Below the pieces are notes generated by a model that was not told the origin of the DNA, searched no databases, and saw nothing but the letters and a program-made list of their open reading frames with translations. A DNA stretch of 56,031 nt from a virus. Its lineage: Duplodnaviria > Caudoviricetes. Shown piece by piece: positions 45,221 to 52,736 of this stretch; within the stretch, counting starts at the first letter, position 1, and each line of letters opens with the position of its first letter. Where the stretch lies: the IMG/VR virus record IMGVR_UViG_3300046837_000115, positions 1-56,031 of that record; one strand, written 5' to 3'. The position numbers and the translations under genes are program-made.

Positions 45221-47553
45221 TCTACCTGGCGGACCCGGACGTGACGATCCACCAGGGCGACGCCCTGGATGTGCTGGCCGCGATGCCGGACGGGTCGGTG
45301 CATTGTTGCGTGACGTCTCCGCCGTACTGGGGTTTGCGTGATTACGGGACGGGAGCGTGGGAGGGCGGCGACGAAGGCTGCGACCACGCGAAGCCAACGA
45401 CGACCTACAACCACGGCTTTAACGAGCGGTGGGGCCAGGGCGGCGGACAGCTGAAGCAGGAGAAGAAGTCGGAGGGCCAGTACGCGCAGGAGTGCCCGAA
45501 GTGCGGCGCCCGCCGTGTCGACCAACAACTCGGCCTCGAGGCCACCCCGGACGAGTACGTGGCCCGGATGGTCGAAGTGTTCCGCGAGGTGCGCCGCGTG
45601 CTGCGGGCGGACGGGACGTTGTGGCTCAACATCGGCGACAGTTACGCGCAGGGGCCATCCGGCAGCCCAGGCCCGACAGGTTTAGAGGGCCGGTCGCAGG
45701 ATTCGACACGCGTGCACGTCTCGAAACTTGGAAATGGGCTCAAGCAGAAGGATCTCGTCGGCATCCCCTGGCGGCTCGCGTTCGCCCTCCAGGCAGACGG
45801 CTGGTATTTGCGCTCGGACATCATCTGGGCGAAACCGAACCCGATGCCCGAGAGCGTGACGGACAGGCCGACCAAAGCCCATGAGTACGTGTTCCTACTC
45901 AGCAAGTCGCCGCGGTACTTCTTTGACGCTGATGCCATTCGTGAGCCGCACAAAGAACCCTGGCGCGGACAGGGCGAGGCGGAGAAGAACAACTGGTCGG
46001 TAAATGGCGAAAGGGGCAGCCACGACACCGTGCGCCAGTACAACCCTGCTGGCCGCAACGTCCGTTCAGTGTGGGAGATAGAGCAGACGGGCCGCGAGCG
46101 AGGCGGTACCAAGCACACGCTCATCGAGGACTACTTCAACGACATCTACACCGAGGAGCAGGCGTACTGGCTCGGCTTCCTCTACGCAGACGGCTACCTC
46201 GGACGCCGACACGTCGATCTACAACTCGCAGCGAAGGACGCGGGACACGTTGAGCGGTTCCAGCGTGCTCTCGGTTCAAGTCGTGAGGTCACGATCTCGA
46301 GAGATGGCAGGGCGCGCTTTATCGCCTCATCGCTTCGGATGGCGAATGATCTCGGCCATCTTGGGATGCGCGAGCGCAGCACCATGCCGATCCTCAATGG
46401 CGAACTGACCCGGCACTTTGTCCGCGGCGTGTTCGATGGCGACGGCAGCGCATGGAGCTACCTGCCCGCCGGACGAACCAAGAGACGCTACGGCGCCGCG
46501 TTCCTCGGCAGCCAAGGCCTCCTCGATGAGATCCGGGAAGAACTCGGCCTGCGCGGCAAGCCCAAGTTTTCGCGTGGGATTCATCGCCTGTCGGTTGCTG
46601 CAGGAGATGATATTGCTCGCCTCTACGCCTATCTCTACGACGGGGCCACGGTGTGGCTCGAGCGGAAGCGTGTCGAGTTCCCACAGGCGCAGAGCATCGC
46701 GCCGGCCACATGGAGCATCGCCACACAGCCGTACCCGGAGGCGCATTTCGCCACGTTCCCGGAGGAACTCGTCAGGCGGTGCGTGCTGGCGGGTTGCCCT
46801 GAGTTTGTCTGCAGCGAGTGTTATACTCCGTGTGTAAATGCCGAAGCCACCGAGTCTGATTCCGTACAAGCGGCACTGCAACGTATGCGGCCGGTACTAC
46901 GAGGGTCGGGGAAAGATGTTTTGCAGCCGGTCTTGTCAGACGATTGCGGCAAACCGAGCGCGCGGGAAGAAGCAGCGCCCGCCGTGCCGGAACTGTGGGA
47001 AGCCCGTCAAGACGATGAGGCACAAGACTTGTTCGACCAAGTGCGCCGGCCAGTGGGCAACCAAGACGGGGGCGAATCGTCACCCATTCCCGCCCGAGCG
47101 CCGAGCGGCGAACTGGAAGGGCGGCAGGGTGATCGACGTGAGCGGCTACGTGCGGGTCTACAGTCGCCAGAAGCGTCGATACCTGCTCGAACACCGAGTG
47201 GTGATGGAGCAGAGGCTAGGGCGGTCGCTGACGCGGGGCGAGTTCGTCCATCATCGCAACGGGATCAAGACGGACAACCGGCCCGAGAACTTGGAGCTGA
47301 TGACGCGGAATCCGCATCGGGGAACGGTGGAGTGTCCCCACTGCGGCGAGCGGTTCGCGATTCGCTGAGCCCCTGCTGTGGCGCGCCGCTGAGCCCAGGG
47401 ATCGTCCTAGACCCGTTCATCGGCAGTGGCACCACCGGCCTGGTAGCACGCAAACACGGCCGCCACGCGATCGGCATCGAGCTGAACGCCGACTACTGCG
47501 AGTTGGCGTCGAGACGGTTGGCGCAACAGTCGCTGTTGACGGAGCTGGCGTGA
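45217..47553 (+). CDS. N4/N6 DNA methyltransferase (beta class) with two large insertions
   Basis: VTSPPYWGLRDY, WLNIGDSY, IIWAKPNPMPESV.DR, HFATFP, VLDPFIGSGTT, GIELN. Confidence 0.88.
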   Translation: MIYLADPDVTIHQGDALDVLAAMPDGSVHCCVTSPPYWGLRDYGTGAWEGGDEGCDHAKPTTTYNHGFNERWGQGGGQLKQEKKSEGQYAQECPKCGARRVDQQLGLEATPDEYVARMVEVFREVRRVLRADGTLWLNIGDSYAQGPSGSPGPTGLEGRSQDSTRVHVSKLGNGLKQKDLVGIPWRLAFALQADGWYLRSDIIWAKPNPMPESVTDRPTKAHEYVFLLSKSPRYFFDADAIREPHKEPWRGQGEAEKNNWSVNGERGSHDTVRQYNPAGRNVRSVWEIEQTGRERGGTKHTLIEDYFNDIYTEEQAYWLGFLYADGYLGRRHVDLQLAAKDAGHVERFQRALGSSREVTISRDGRARFIASSLRMANDLGHLGMRERSTMPILNGELTRHFVRGVFDGDGSAWSYLPAGRTKRRYGAAFLGSQGLLDEIREELGLRGKPKFSRGIHRLSVAAGDDIARLYAYLYDGATVWLERKRVEFPQAQSIAPATWSIATQPYPEAHFATFPEELVRRCVLAGCPEFVCSECYTPCVNAEATESDSVQAALQRMRPVLRGSGKDVLQPVLSDDCGKPSAREEAAPAVPELWEARQDDEAQDLFDQVRRPVGNQDGGESSPIPARAPSGELEGRQGDRRERLRAGLQSPEASIPARTPSGDGAEARAVADAGRVRPSSQRDQDGQPARELGADDAESASGNGGVSPLRRAVRDSLSPCCGAPLSPGIVLDPFIGSGTTGLVARKHGRHAIGIELNADYCELASRRLAQQSLLTELA
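46081..46719 (+). mobile_element. In-frame two-motif LAGLIDADG endonuclease domain inserted in the methyltransferase
   Basis: AYWLGFLYADG and HFVRGVFDGDG motifs between SVWEI and WSIATQPY. Confidence 0.75.
46838..47368 (+). CDS. HNH endonuclease nested in the +1 frame within the methyltransferase gene
   Basis: Two CxxC..CS..C knuckles, NWKGGR, GYV, EHRVVME..LGR.L...E.VHH.NG.K.DNR.ENLEL; TGTTATACT just upstream. Confidence 0.85.
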   Translation: MPKPPSLIPYKRHCNVCGRYYEGRGKMFCSRSCQTIAANRARGKKQRPPCRNCGKPVKTMRHKTCSTKCAGQWATKTGANRHPFPPERRAANWKGGRVIDVSGYVRVYSRQKRRYLLEHRVVMEQRLGRSLTRGEFVHHRNGIKTDNRPENLELMTRNPHRGTVECPHCGERFAIR

Positions 47554-47783
47554 GTCATCACCCGGACGGCTGGATCTGCGCCCGAGGCCACTGGGTCCCG
47601 CCCGGCGTCACTCACTGCACCGCCTGCCGGTGGCGCACCGAGCGTGACTCGTGTGATTGCGGCGGGTTGAAGTGGAAGACGTCGACCAGGTGCCGGGATT
47701 GCGACACGGACCGGAAGCGGGCGGCACCCGTGCCCCGATCTCCGGTGGCGCGTGTGACCTCTACCCAGAAGGAGGAGTTGTGA
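47550..47783 (+). CDS. Cys-rich hypothetical protein
   Basis: Several Cys pairs; GTGA coupling at both ends. Confidence 0.55.
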   Translation: MSHHPDGWICARGHWVPPGVTHCTACRWRTERDSCDCGGLKWKTSTRCRDCDTDRKRAAPVPRSPVARVTSTQKEEL

Positions 47784-48577
47784 CGGTAACTCTTGACGCG
47801 ACCCGTGACCTGATCGCGGGCATGAACGCGCAGAGCGCGCGTTGGCTGGTGGACTACTACTACGCGGTGCAGGACTTCCGCATCCAGGCGCAGGGGCAGC
47901 TGCGCGCGATCGTGCAAGAGGCCGACGAAGGAACATTCCTGATCGGCGAGCAGCTCCTCGACGACACGTCTGAGATCGAAAAGAGAATCAGGAAGGCGCT
48001 GGACAAGTACACGGATGAGGTGGTACCGACGGTGTGGGCGAAGTCGATCCACGGCATCGGGCCTGTCCTCGCAGCCGGTCTCGCGGCCCATATCGACATC
48101 GAGAAGGCACCGACGGTCGGCCATATCTGGCGGTTCGCCGGGCTCGACCCGACGGTGAAGTGGGGGAAGGGCGAGAAGAGGCCGTGGAACGCGTCGCTGA
48201 AGGTGCTGTGCTGGAAGATCGGCGACTCCTTCGTGAAGGTCAGCGGGAAAGACACCGACGTGTACGGGAAGGTTTATCGGGCCAGGAAGGAGCAGGAGAT
48301 ACGGAAGAACGAGGCAGGCGACTTCGCCGACCAGGCCGCGGCCGCCCTCGCCGAACGGAAGTTCAAAGTGTCCGATACCCGCAAGGCGTACGAGGCAGGT
48401 CGGCTACCGGACGGCAGGATCGACCTGCGCGCCCGCCGGTACGCCGTCAAGCTGTTCCTCGCCCACTACCACCACGTCGCATACGAGGATCACTACGGCG
48501 AACCCCCGCCGAAACCGTACGCCCTCACCCACCTCGACCACGCCCACTTCATCGCACCACCAAACTGGCCGCTGTAG
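47780..48577 (+). CDS. tasA: IS110/Nop-like RNA-binding protein without a nuclease domain (TasA-like)
   Basis: AGGAGGAG RBS; 265 aa; coiled coil then SIHGIGPVLAAGL...IWRFAGLDP...WNASLKVLCW; no DEDD RuvC or HNH motif; array directly downstream. Confidence 0.8.
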   Translation: MTVTLDATRDLIAGMNAQSARWLVDYYYAVQDFRIQAQGQLRAIVQEADEGTFLIGEQLLDDTSEIEKRIRKALDKYTDEVVPTVWAKSIHGIGPVLAAGLAAHIDIEKAPTVGHIWRFAGLDPTVKWGKGEKRPWNASLKVLCWKIGDSFVKVSGKDTDVYGKVYRARKEQEIRKNEAGDFADQAAAALAERKFKVSDTRKAYEAGRLPDGRIDLRARRYAVKLFLAHYHHVAYEDHYGEPPPKPYALTHLDHAHFIAPPNWPL

Positions 48578-49115
48578 CCGTGAAAGTGGAGGGCACCGAG
48601 AAGAGAGAGCGAGCCGTCCTCAACGAGAGTGCCGTAGCTCGCGAGCGAGCCACCATAGGCGAGGGCACCGTCCCAGGTGAGCGAGCCGTGGTGTCTGAGA
48701 GCACCGTATGGAGCGAGCGAGCCGTCGTTCAGGAGAGCACCGCCCCTGAAGAGCGAGCCGTCACCGCCGATAGCACCGTGCTTCGTGAGCGAGCCGTGAT
48801 CGAAGAGGTAACCGACGATCCCGAGCGAGCCGCCCGTAGGGAGAGTGCCATCGCCACCGAGCGAGCCGTAGAGGGTGAGGGCGCCATTCGCCTAGAGCGA
48901 GTCGAAGTAGTCGAGAGCACCGACGCCTACGAGCGAGCCGAGGCCGTTGAGGGCACCCAGACGCAGGAGCGAGCCGCTAGGCGGGAGAGCACCGATAGGA
49001 GCGAGCGAGCCGCTGATACAGAGAGCACCGTCGACGATGATCGAGCCACCAACCCTGAAAGCACCTCACCCCTGGAGCGAGCCGAGCTGGTCGAGGGTAC
49101 CGAAGATGCTGAGCG
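48576..49115 (+). ncRNA. TIGR-like tandem interspaced guide RNA array, 15 x 36 nt
   Basis: Units start at 48580+36n: 9-nt spacer, GAG(A/G)GCACC, 9-nt spacer, GAGCGAGCC; all 30 spacers differ. Confidence 0.9.
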
Positions 49116-49128
49116 CCCAGAAACACGA

Positions 49129-49146
49129 ACGGCCCCGAAGGGCCGT
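49129..49146. terminator. Hairpin downstream of the array
   Basis: ACGGCCC-CGAA-GGGCCGT; T-rich tail on the minus strand. Confidence 0.55.
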
Positions 49147-49191
49147 CCGGTCGCAACCCCGGCCCGGAGGCGAGGCTGTCGAGGTCCCGCT

Positions 49192-49398
49192 CTAGGCGGG
49201 GGTCACGTCTTCGACGTGTGTGACGCTCAGCGCTCGGCAGGAGCCGTCGCAGTAGACCGTCTCGCCCATCGGGTCGAACGGTCCGGATGGGTGGCCTTCG
49301 CACTCGGGCGCGAAGTTCACCGGCAGGCCGCAGCGCCGACAACCAGCGTCGACCTCAATGTCCATGACGGGCGTCTCGCAGTTGCAGTAAAGGGTCAT
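49192..49398 (-). CDS. 68-aa Cys-rich hypothetical protein with its own promoter
   Basis: AAGGAGG RBS; CNC, CRRC, CEGH and YCDGSC motifs. Confidence 0.7.
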   Translation of the reverse strand: MTLYCNCETPVMDIEVDAGCRRCGLPVNFAPECEGHPSGPFDPMGETVYCDGSCRALSVTHVEDVTPA

Positions 49399-49434
49399 CT
49401 CTGCCTCCTTGGTAGCGGAACCTCGACAAAGGGA

Positions 49435-49463
49435 AGTGTACCACACATGGCGGACGGTGTCAA
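49435..49463 (-). promoter_or_regulatory. Strong sigma70-type promoter
   Basis: Minus strand TTGACA-17 nt-TACACT with TG extension. Confidence 0.8.
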
Positions 49464-50024
49464 GTGAGCCCATGGCTACGCGTAGACGACGGCTTCACCG
49501 GCAACCGCAAAATCCTCGCGCTCGGCACCGACCAACGACGCTGGACATGGATGCGAATCCTCTGCTACGCCGCCCACCAATCCAGCCCAGAAATCCCCCA
49601 CCACATCGGCCACGAAATCAACGGAGCCACCCCCAAATACATCGCAGACCTCCTCGAAATCGGCCTCCTCGACGAAGACGGCCCACACAACTACGTCATC
49701 CACGACTGGGACGACTACAACCCCAAAGACCCCACCAACCCCATGCGCCAAGCCCGCTACCGACAACGCCAACGTAACGCACAAAGTAACGCCACCAGTA
49801 ACGCCGAAGTAACGCACACCGTAACGCCACCCGTAACAGACGAAACCGTTACCGAAGTAACGCCCCACGCGCTGGCACGCGCGCGCGTTCCCACCCCACC
49901 CCAAACAACAAGACCCTTAGAGAGAGATGTATCTGTGGGTTCAAACGTAACTGGGGGCAACGGCCGCAAAGTCAAACCCCCAGACTTGAAAACAGTCGAC
50001 CAGCAGATCGGAGGCGCAGCGTGA
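49464..50024 (+). CDS. Putative replication initiator
   Basis: WLRVDDGF...K N-terminus, L...GL.D, YVIHDW.DYN, RQARYR; internal iteron-like repeats. Confidence 0.7.
   Translation: MSPWLRVDDGFTGNRKILALGTDQRRWTWMRILCYAAHQSSPEIPHHIGHEINGATPKYIADLLEIGLLDEDGPHNYVIHDWDDYNPKDPTNPMRQARYRQRQRNAQSNATSNAEVTHTVTPPVTDETVTEVTPHALARARVPTPPQTTRPLERDVSVGSNVTGGNGRKVKPPDLKTVDQQIGGAA
49774..49863 (+). repeat. GTAACG(C) iteron-like repeats (putative origin)
   Basis: GTAAC at 49774, 49786, 49798, 49809, 49821, 49833 and 49857, plus inverted GTTAC at 49848. Confidence 0.65.
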
Positions 50025-50236
50025 GCACAGTCGCAGAGAGCATCCAAGAACACCCAGACCTCGCAGACTCGTCCATGTGTCACTGGAACCCGAACGGCGG
50101 CTGCACCGGCGCCTGCGGAACGCGCCTCAAGGAGCCGGGAGCCTACTCCCACCGGACGGATCAGTGCGCGGCGATGGGACATCAGACGTGCATGGTTTGC
50201 ATAGACCTTTGGCGCTCATCGAGGGCCGCAGCGTGA
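50021..50236 (+). CDS. Cys-rich hypothetical protein
   Basis: GGAGG RBS; GTGA coupling. Confidence 0.55.
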   Translation: MSTVAESIQEHPDLADSSMCHWNPNGGCTGACGTRLKEPGAYSHRTDQCAAMGHQTCMVCIDLWRSSRAAA

Positions 50237-50466
50237 GAACCGACGACCCGGTGATCCTCGGGCAGCTCAAGGCGATCGAGGCGGCGTGCGCTGGACTGCG
50301 GATGGCGTGCGGATTCCCACCGCTCGTCGAGACACCCGAGACGACTGCGAAACGGAAGCCGCTGTACGAGTGTCAGGAGCCGAGCTGTAGTCGCATGTGC
50401 TACACCCGCGACGACCTGGAGGCGCACCGGCTGATCGACCACGACGTCGAAAGGACGGCAGCGTGA
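50233..50466 (+). CDS. C2H2 zinc-finger-like protein
   Basis: YECQEPSCSR...DLEAHRLIDH. Confidence 0.55.
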   Translation: MRTDDPVILGQLKAIEAACAGLRMACGFPPLVETPETTAKRKPLYECQEPSCSRMCYTRDDLEAHRLIDHDVERTAA

Positions 50467-50675
50467 CCGGCCTCGACGACATCCGGCGGCGGCTCGAAGG
50501 AACACCCGCGCTCCGCGCGTTCCCAGACATCCTCGCCGACGTGGAGCGGCTACTCGCCATCGCAGAAGCGGCGAGCAACCTTTACGACTGCGCTACCGTC
50601 AGCGACTTCCTGATCGGCGCCTGGCACGCGCTTGATGAGGCATTAGTCGCCCTCGACGCGGAGGAACTCGCGTGA
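50463..50675 (+). CDS. Hypothetical protein
   Basis: GTGA coupling at both ends. Confidence 0.5.
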   Translation: MTGLDDIRRRLEGTPALRAFPDILADVERLLAIAEAASNLYDCATVSDFLIGAWHALDEALVALDAEELA

Positions 50676-51376
50676 AGTACCCACGCCCGCTGACCCGGAT
50701 CCAGCAGATCGAGCCGACGACGTTCTGCGATCTCCGCTGCCACTACTGCCCGTCCAAGGACCTGGTTCGTATCCGGAATCAGGAGCGGATGCACATGACC
50801 TTGGACACGTTCGGCCGGTCGCTTGAGTGGTGCCAGCACTTTGCACGGAAGGGCACCCAGGCCGACCTCAGCCTCACCGGCATCGGGGAGACGCTACTCC
50901 ACCCCGACGTGCTGCAGCTCGCCGTCATGGCCCGCGAGATGCTGCCGTACACGCCGATCAACTTCTCCACGAACGGGCTGAAGCTCACCGACGAGCTGTG
51001 CGCCCACTTTCGCGACCACAAGATCATGTTGTTCATCTCGCCGCACCGGCCTGAGAAGGCCGCGTGGGCGTCAGAGCGGGCCGCGAAGTACGGGATCCTG
51101 ATCGGCAACAACTTCGGTGCGAGCGTCTCCAGCTTCGACTGGGCCGGTGTCGTCAAGCACCCCGTCATGGCACCACGCACCGTGTGCGAGTGGTTGCGTG
51201 ACGGGTGGGGGAACGTCCTCGTCGACGGCCGCATGACCACGTGCTGCCTCGACAGTCCTGCGCTCGGGGTGGTCGGGTCTGTCTGGGACGACATCGGGTC
51301 GCTCGCCACCCGACCGTTCAAGCTCTGCGACACCTGCCACATGGTGCCGCCCGCCGAAACGAAGGAGGCCGCTTGA
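50672..51376 (+). CDS. Radical SAM protein with SPASM/twitch-like C-terminus
   Basis: IEPT..CDLRCHYC, GIGE.LLHP, STNG, DG...CC.D, C..C. Confidence 0.85.
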   Translation: MKYPRPLTRIQQIEPTTFCDLRCHYCPSKDLVRIRNQERMHMTLDTFGRSLEWCQHFARKGTQADLSLTGIGETLLHPDVLQLAVMAREMLPYTPINFSTNGLKLTDELCAHFRDHKIMLFISPHRPEKAAWASERAAKYGILIGNNFGASVSSFDWAGVVKHPVMAPRTVCEWLRDGWGNVLVDGRMTTCCLDSPALGVVGSVWDDIGSLATRPFKLCDTCHMVPPAETKEAA

Positions 51377-51960
51377 GCACCGAAGACCTGACCGCCCAGC
51401 AGCGCGTCGTGCACCTGCTCCGCAGCCTGAACGACGCGAAGAACGACTACGGCGAAACCTCCACGGGCGACGGGGTGCGGCTCATGCCATCCGGCTACCA
51501 CGAAGGCTCCTACGCCGAACTTGAGCGGGTGTTGGCCCTCATGCGCGGGTGCCTGCCCGGATGCGGCAGGAAGCGTCCTGGCGTCGCGTACAGGCATCTG
51601 GGCGCGTGCCTCGCCTACCCGTACTGGCACGTCGCCGAGCGCTACCTGCGAGGCGACACGCAGACGATCGAGGTCGGCGTGGTCATCCGGCGGGGAGGGT
51701 CGGAGCTGCTGATCCCGAGACACTGCGAACTCGTGATCGGACAGGCCGTCAGCGGCGTCAAGACCGCGAGGGTCCGCGTCTACCGGTGGAACCCGATCGT
51801 GAAACAACGCGAGATCGAACGCGGCGTCCGCTGGATCACGCAGACGATGTACGACGGCCGCCGGTCAAAGATCCAGCTACCCGACGACCTGTACCGCCGT
51901 GTCCTCGGACTACCGCCGAGGGACGAACGGCTCGGGAAGCGCGTGAAGGTGGCGGCGTGA
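51373..51960 (+). CDS. Hypothetical protein (possible late transcription regulator by position)
   Basis: AAGGAGG RBS; TTGA overlap; last gene before the packaging operon. Confidence 0.55.
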   Translation: MSTEDLTAQQRVVHLLRSLNDAKNDYGETSTGDGVRLMPSGYHEGSYAELERVLALMRGCLPGCGRKRPGVAYRHLGACLAYPYWHVAERYLRGDTQTIEVGVVIRRGGSELLIPRHCELVIGQAVSGVKTARVRVYRWNPIVKQREIERGVRWITQTMYDGRRSKIQLPDDLYRRVLGLPPRDERLGKRVKVAA

Positions 51961-52062
51961 ACCGTGCAACGTTCGACGATTGCTGCTAACGTAACTTCCC
52001 GTGAGCGGGAGAAGTGCGCCCTTGCGCCTTCGACCCCCCGAGACCCTCTCGATCGTAGGTAG

Positions 52063-52263
52063 GTGACCCAGATGCCAGCACGACCCGTCGACCCTGACCT
52101 GCAGGCCCGTGCCCGGGCCGCGTACCTGATGCTGCGCGGGTTGCGGCCCGGGCAGGTCGACCCGATCCTGCTGCTGTCGTACGTGGTGTGGCCCGACGTC
52201 GAACTCGACGACCCCAACGCGGGCACGACCGGCGCCGACGTGAAGCTATCGGCGGCCGCCTGA
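52063..52263 (+). CDS. Hypothetical protein
   Basis: TGATG coupling to terS. Confidence 0.5.
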   Translation: MTQMPARPVDPDLQARARAAYLMLRGLRPGQVDPILLLSYVVWPDVELDDPNAGTTGADVKLSAAA

Positions 52264-52736
52264 TGGCGCGCACACCGGCGATCACGAAGCAGCAACGAGA
52301 CGAGTTCCTTGAGCACGTCCGCGAGGGCATGAACCGCGCCCAGGCCGCCGCGCACCTAGGCATGACCGGACGCCGGTTCCGCAGCCTCGCCAACCGCGAC
52401 GACGAGTTCGCCGCCGCATACGAGGAGGCAAGCGCCGAGGGGCGCGCCACCTTTCAAGACGACCTCCGCGAACAGTGGCGACAGCGGGCCGAAGGATCAG
52501 ACCGTCTCTTCACCCTCCGGATCATCACCCACCTCCCCGAACTCTCCTGGAAACGAGACGCCGGACGCGGCGCCGTCATCACCGCGGAGGAGGCAGTCAA
52601 GCAGTCCATCGACGTCGCCATCGAGTCCGTCCTGGATGAGCTTGCCGCTCGCCGAGAAGCACGATCTCTATCGGCAGGGACGACAGCTGCTGTGGCAGGA
52701 AACGGCAAGACCAGCCCAACTCGAACCACCGGGTGA
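52263..52736 (+). CDS. terS: Terminase small subunit
   Basis: FLE..R.G....AA...G HTH; D.EFAAAY.EA; SDRL; precedes terL. Confidence 0.7.
   Translation: MARTPAITKQQRDEFLEHVREGMNRAQAAAHLGMTGRRFRSLANRDDEFAAAYEEASAEGRATFQDDLREQWRQRAEGSDRLFTLRIITHLPELSWKRDAGRGAVITAEEAVKQSIDVAIESVLDELAARREARSLSAGTTAAVAGNGKTSPTRTTG

Noticed and set aside
46081-46719. Canonical intein
   Set aside because: No Cys/Ser start block and no terminal His-Asn followed by Cys/Ser/Thr
47780-48577. Active IS110 transposase
   Set aside because: No N-terminal DEDD RuvC domain and no SG catalytic loop after AGLDP; the gene is translationally coupled within the phage operon
48576-49115. CRISPR array
   Set aside because: Repeats and spacers are only 9 nt, two repeats alternate, and no cas genes are present
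48034-49467. 477-aa ORF with ERA/EST repeats
   Set aside because: By-product of the 36-nt periodic array; it overlaps the Tas-like gene out of frame and the conservation is at nucleotide level
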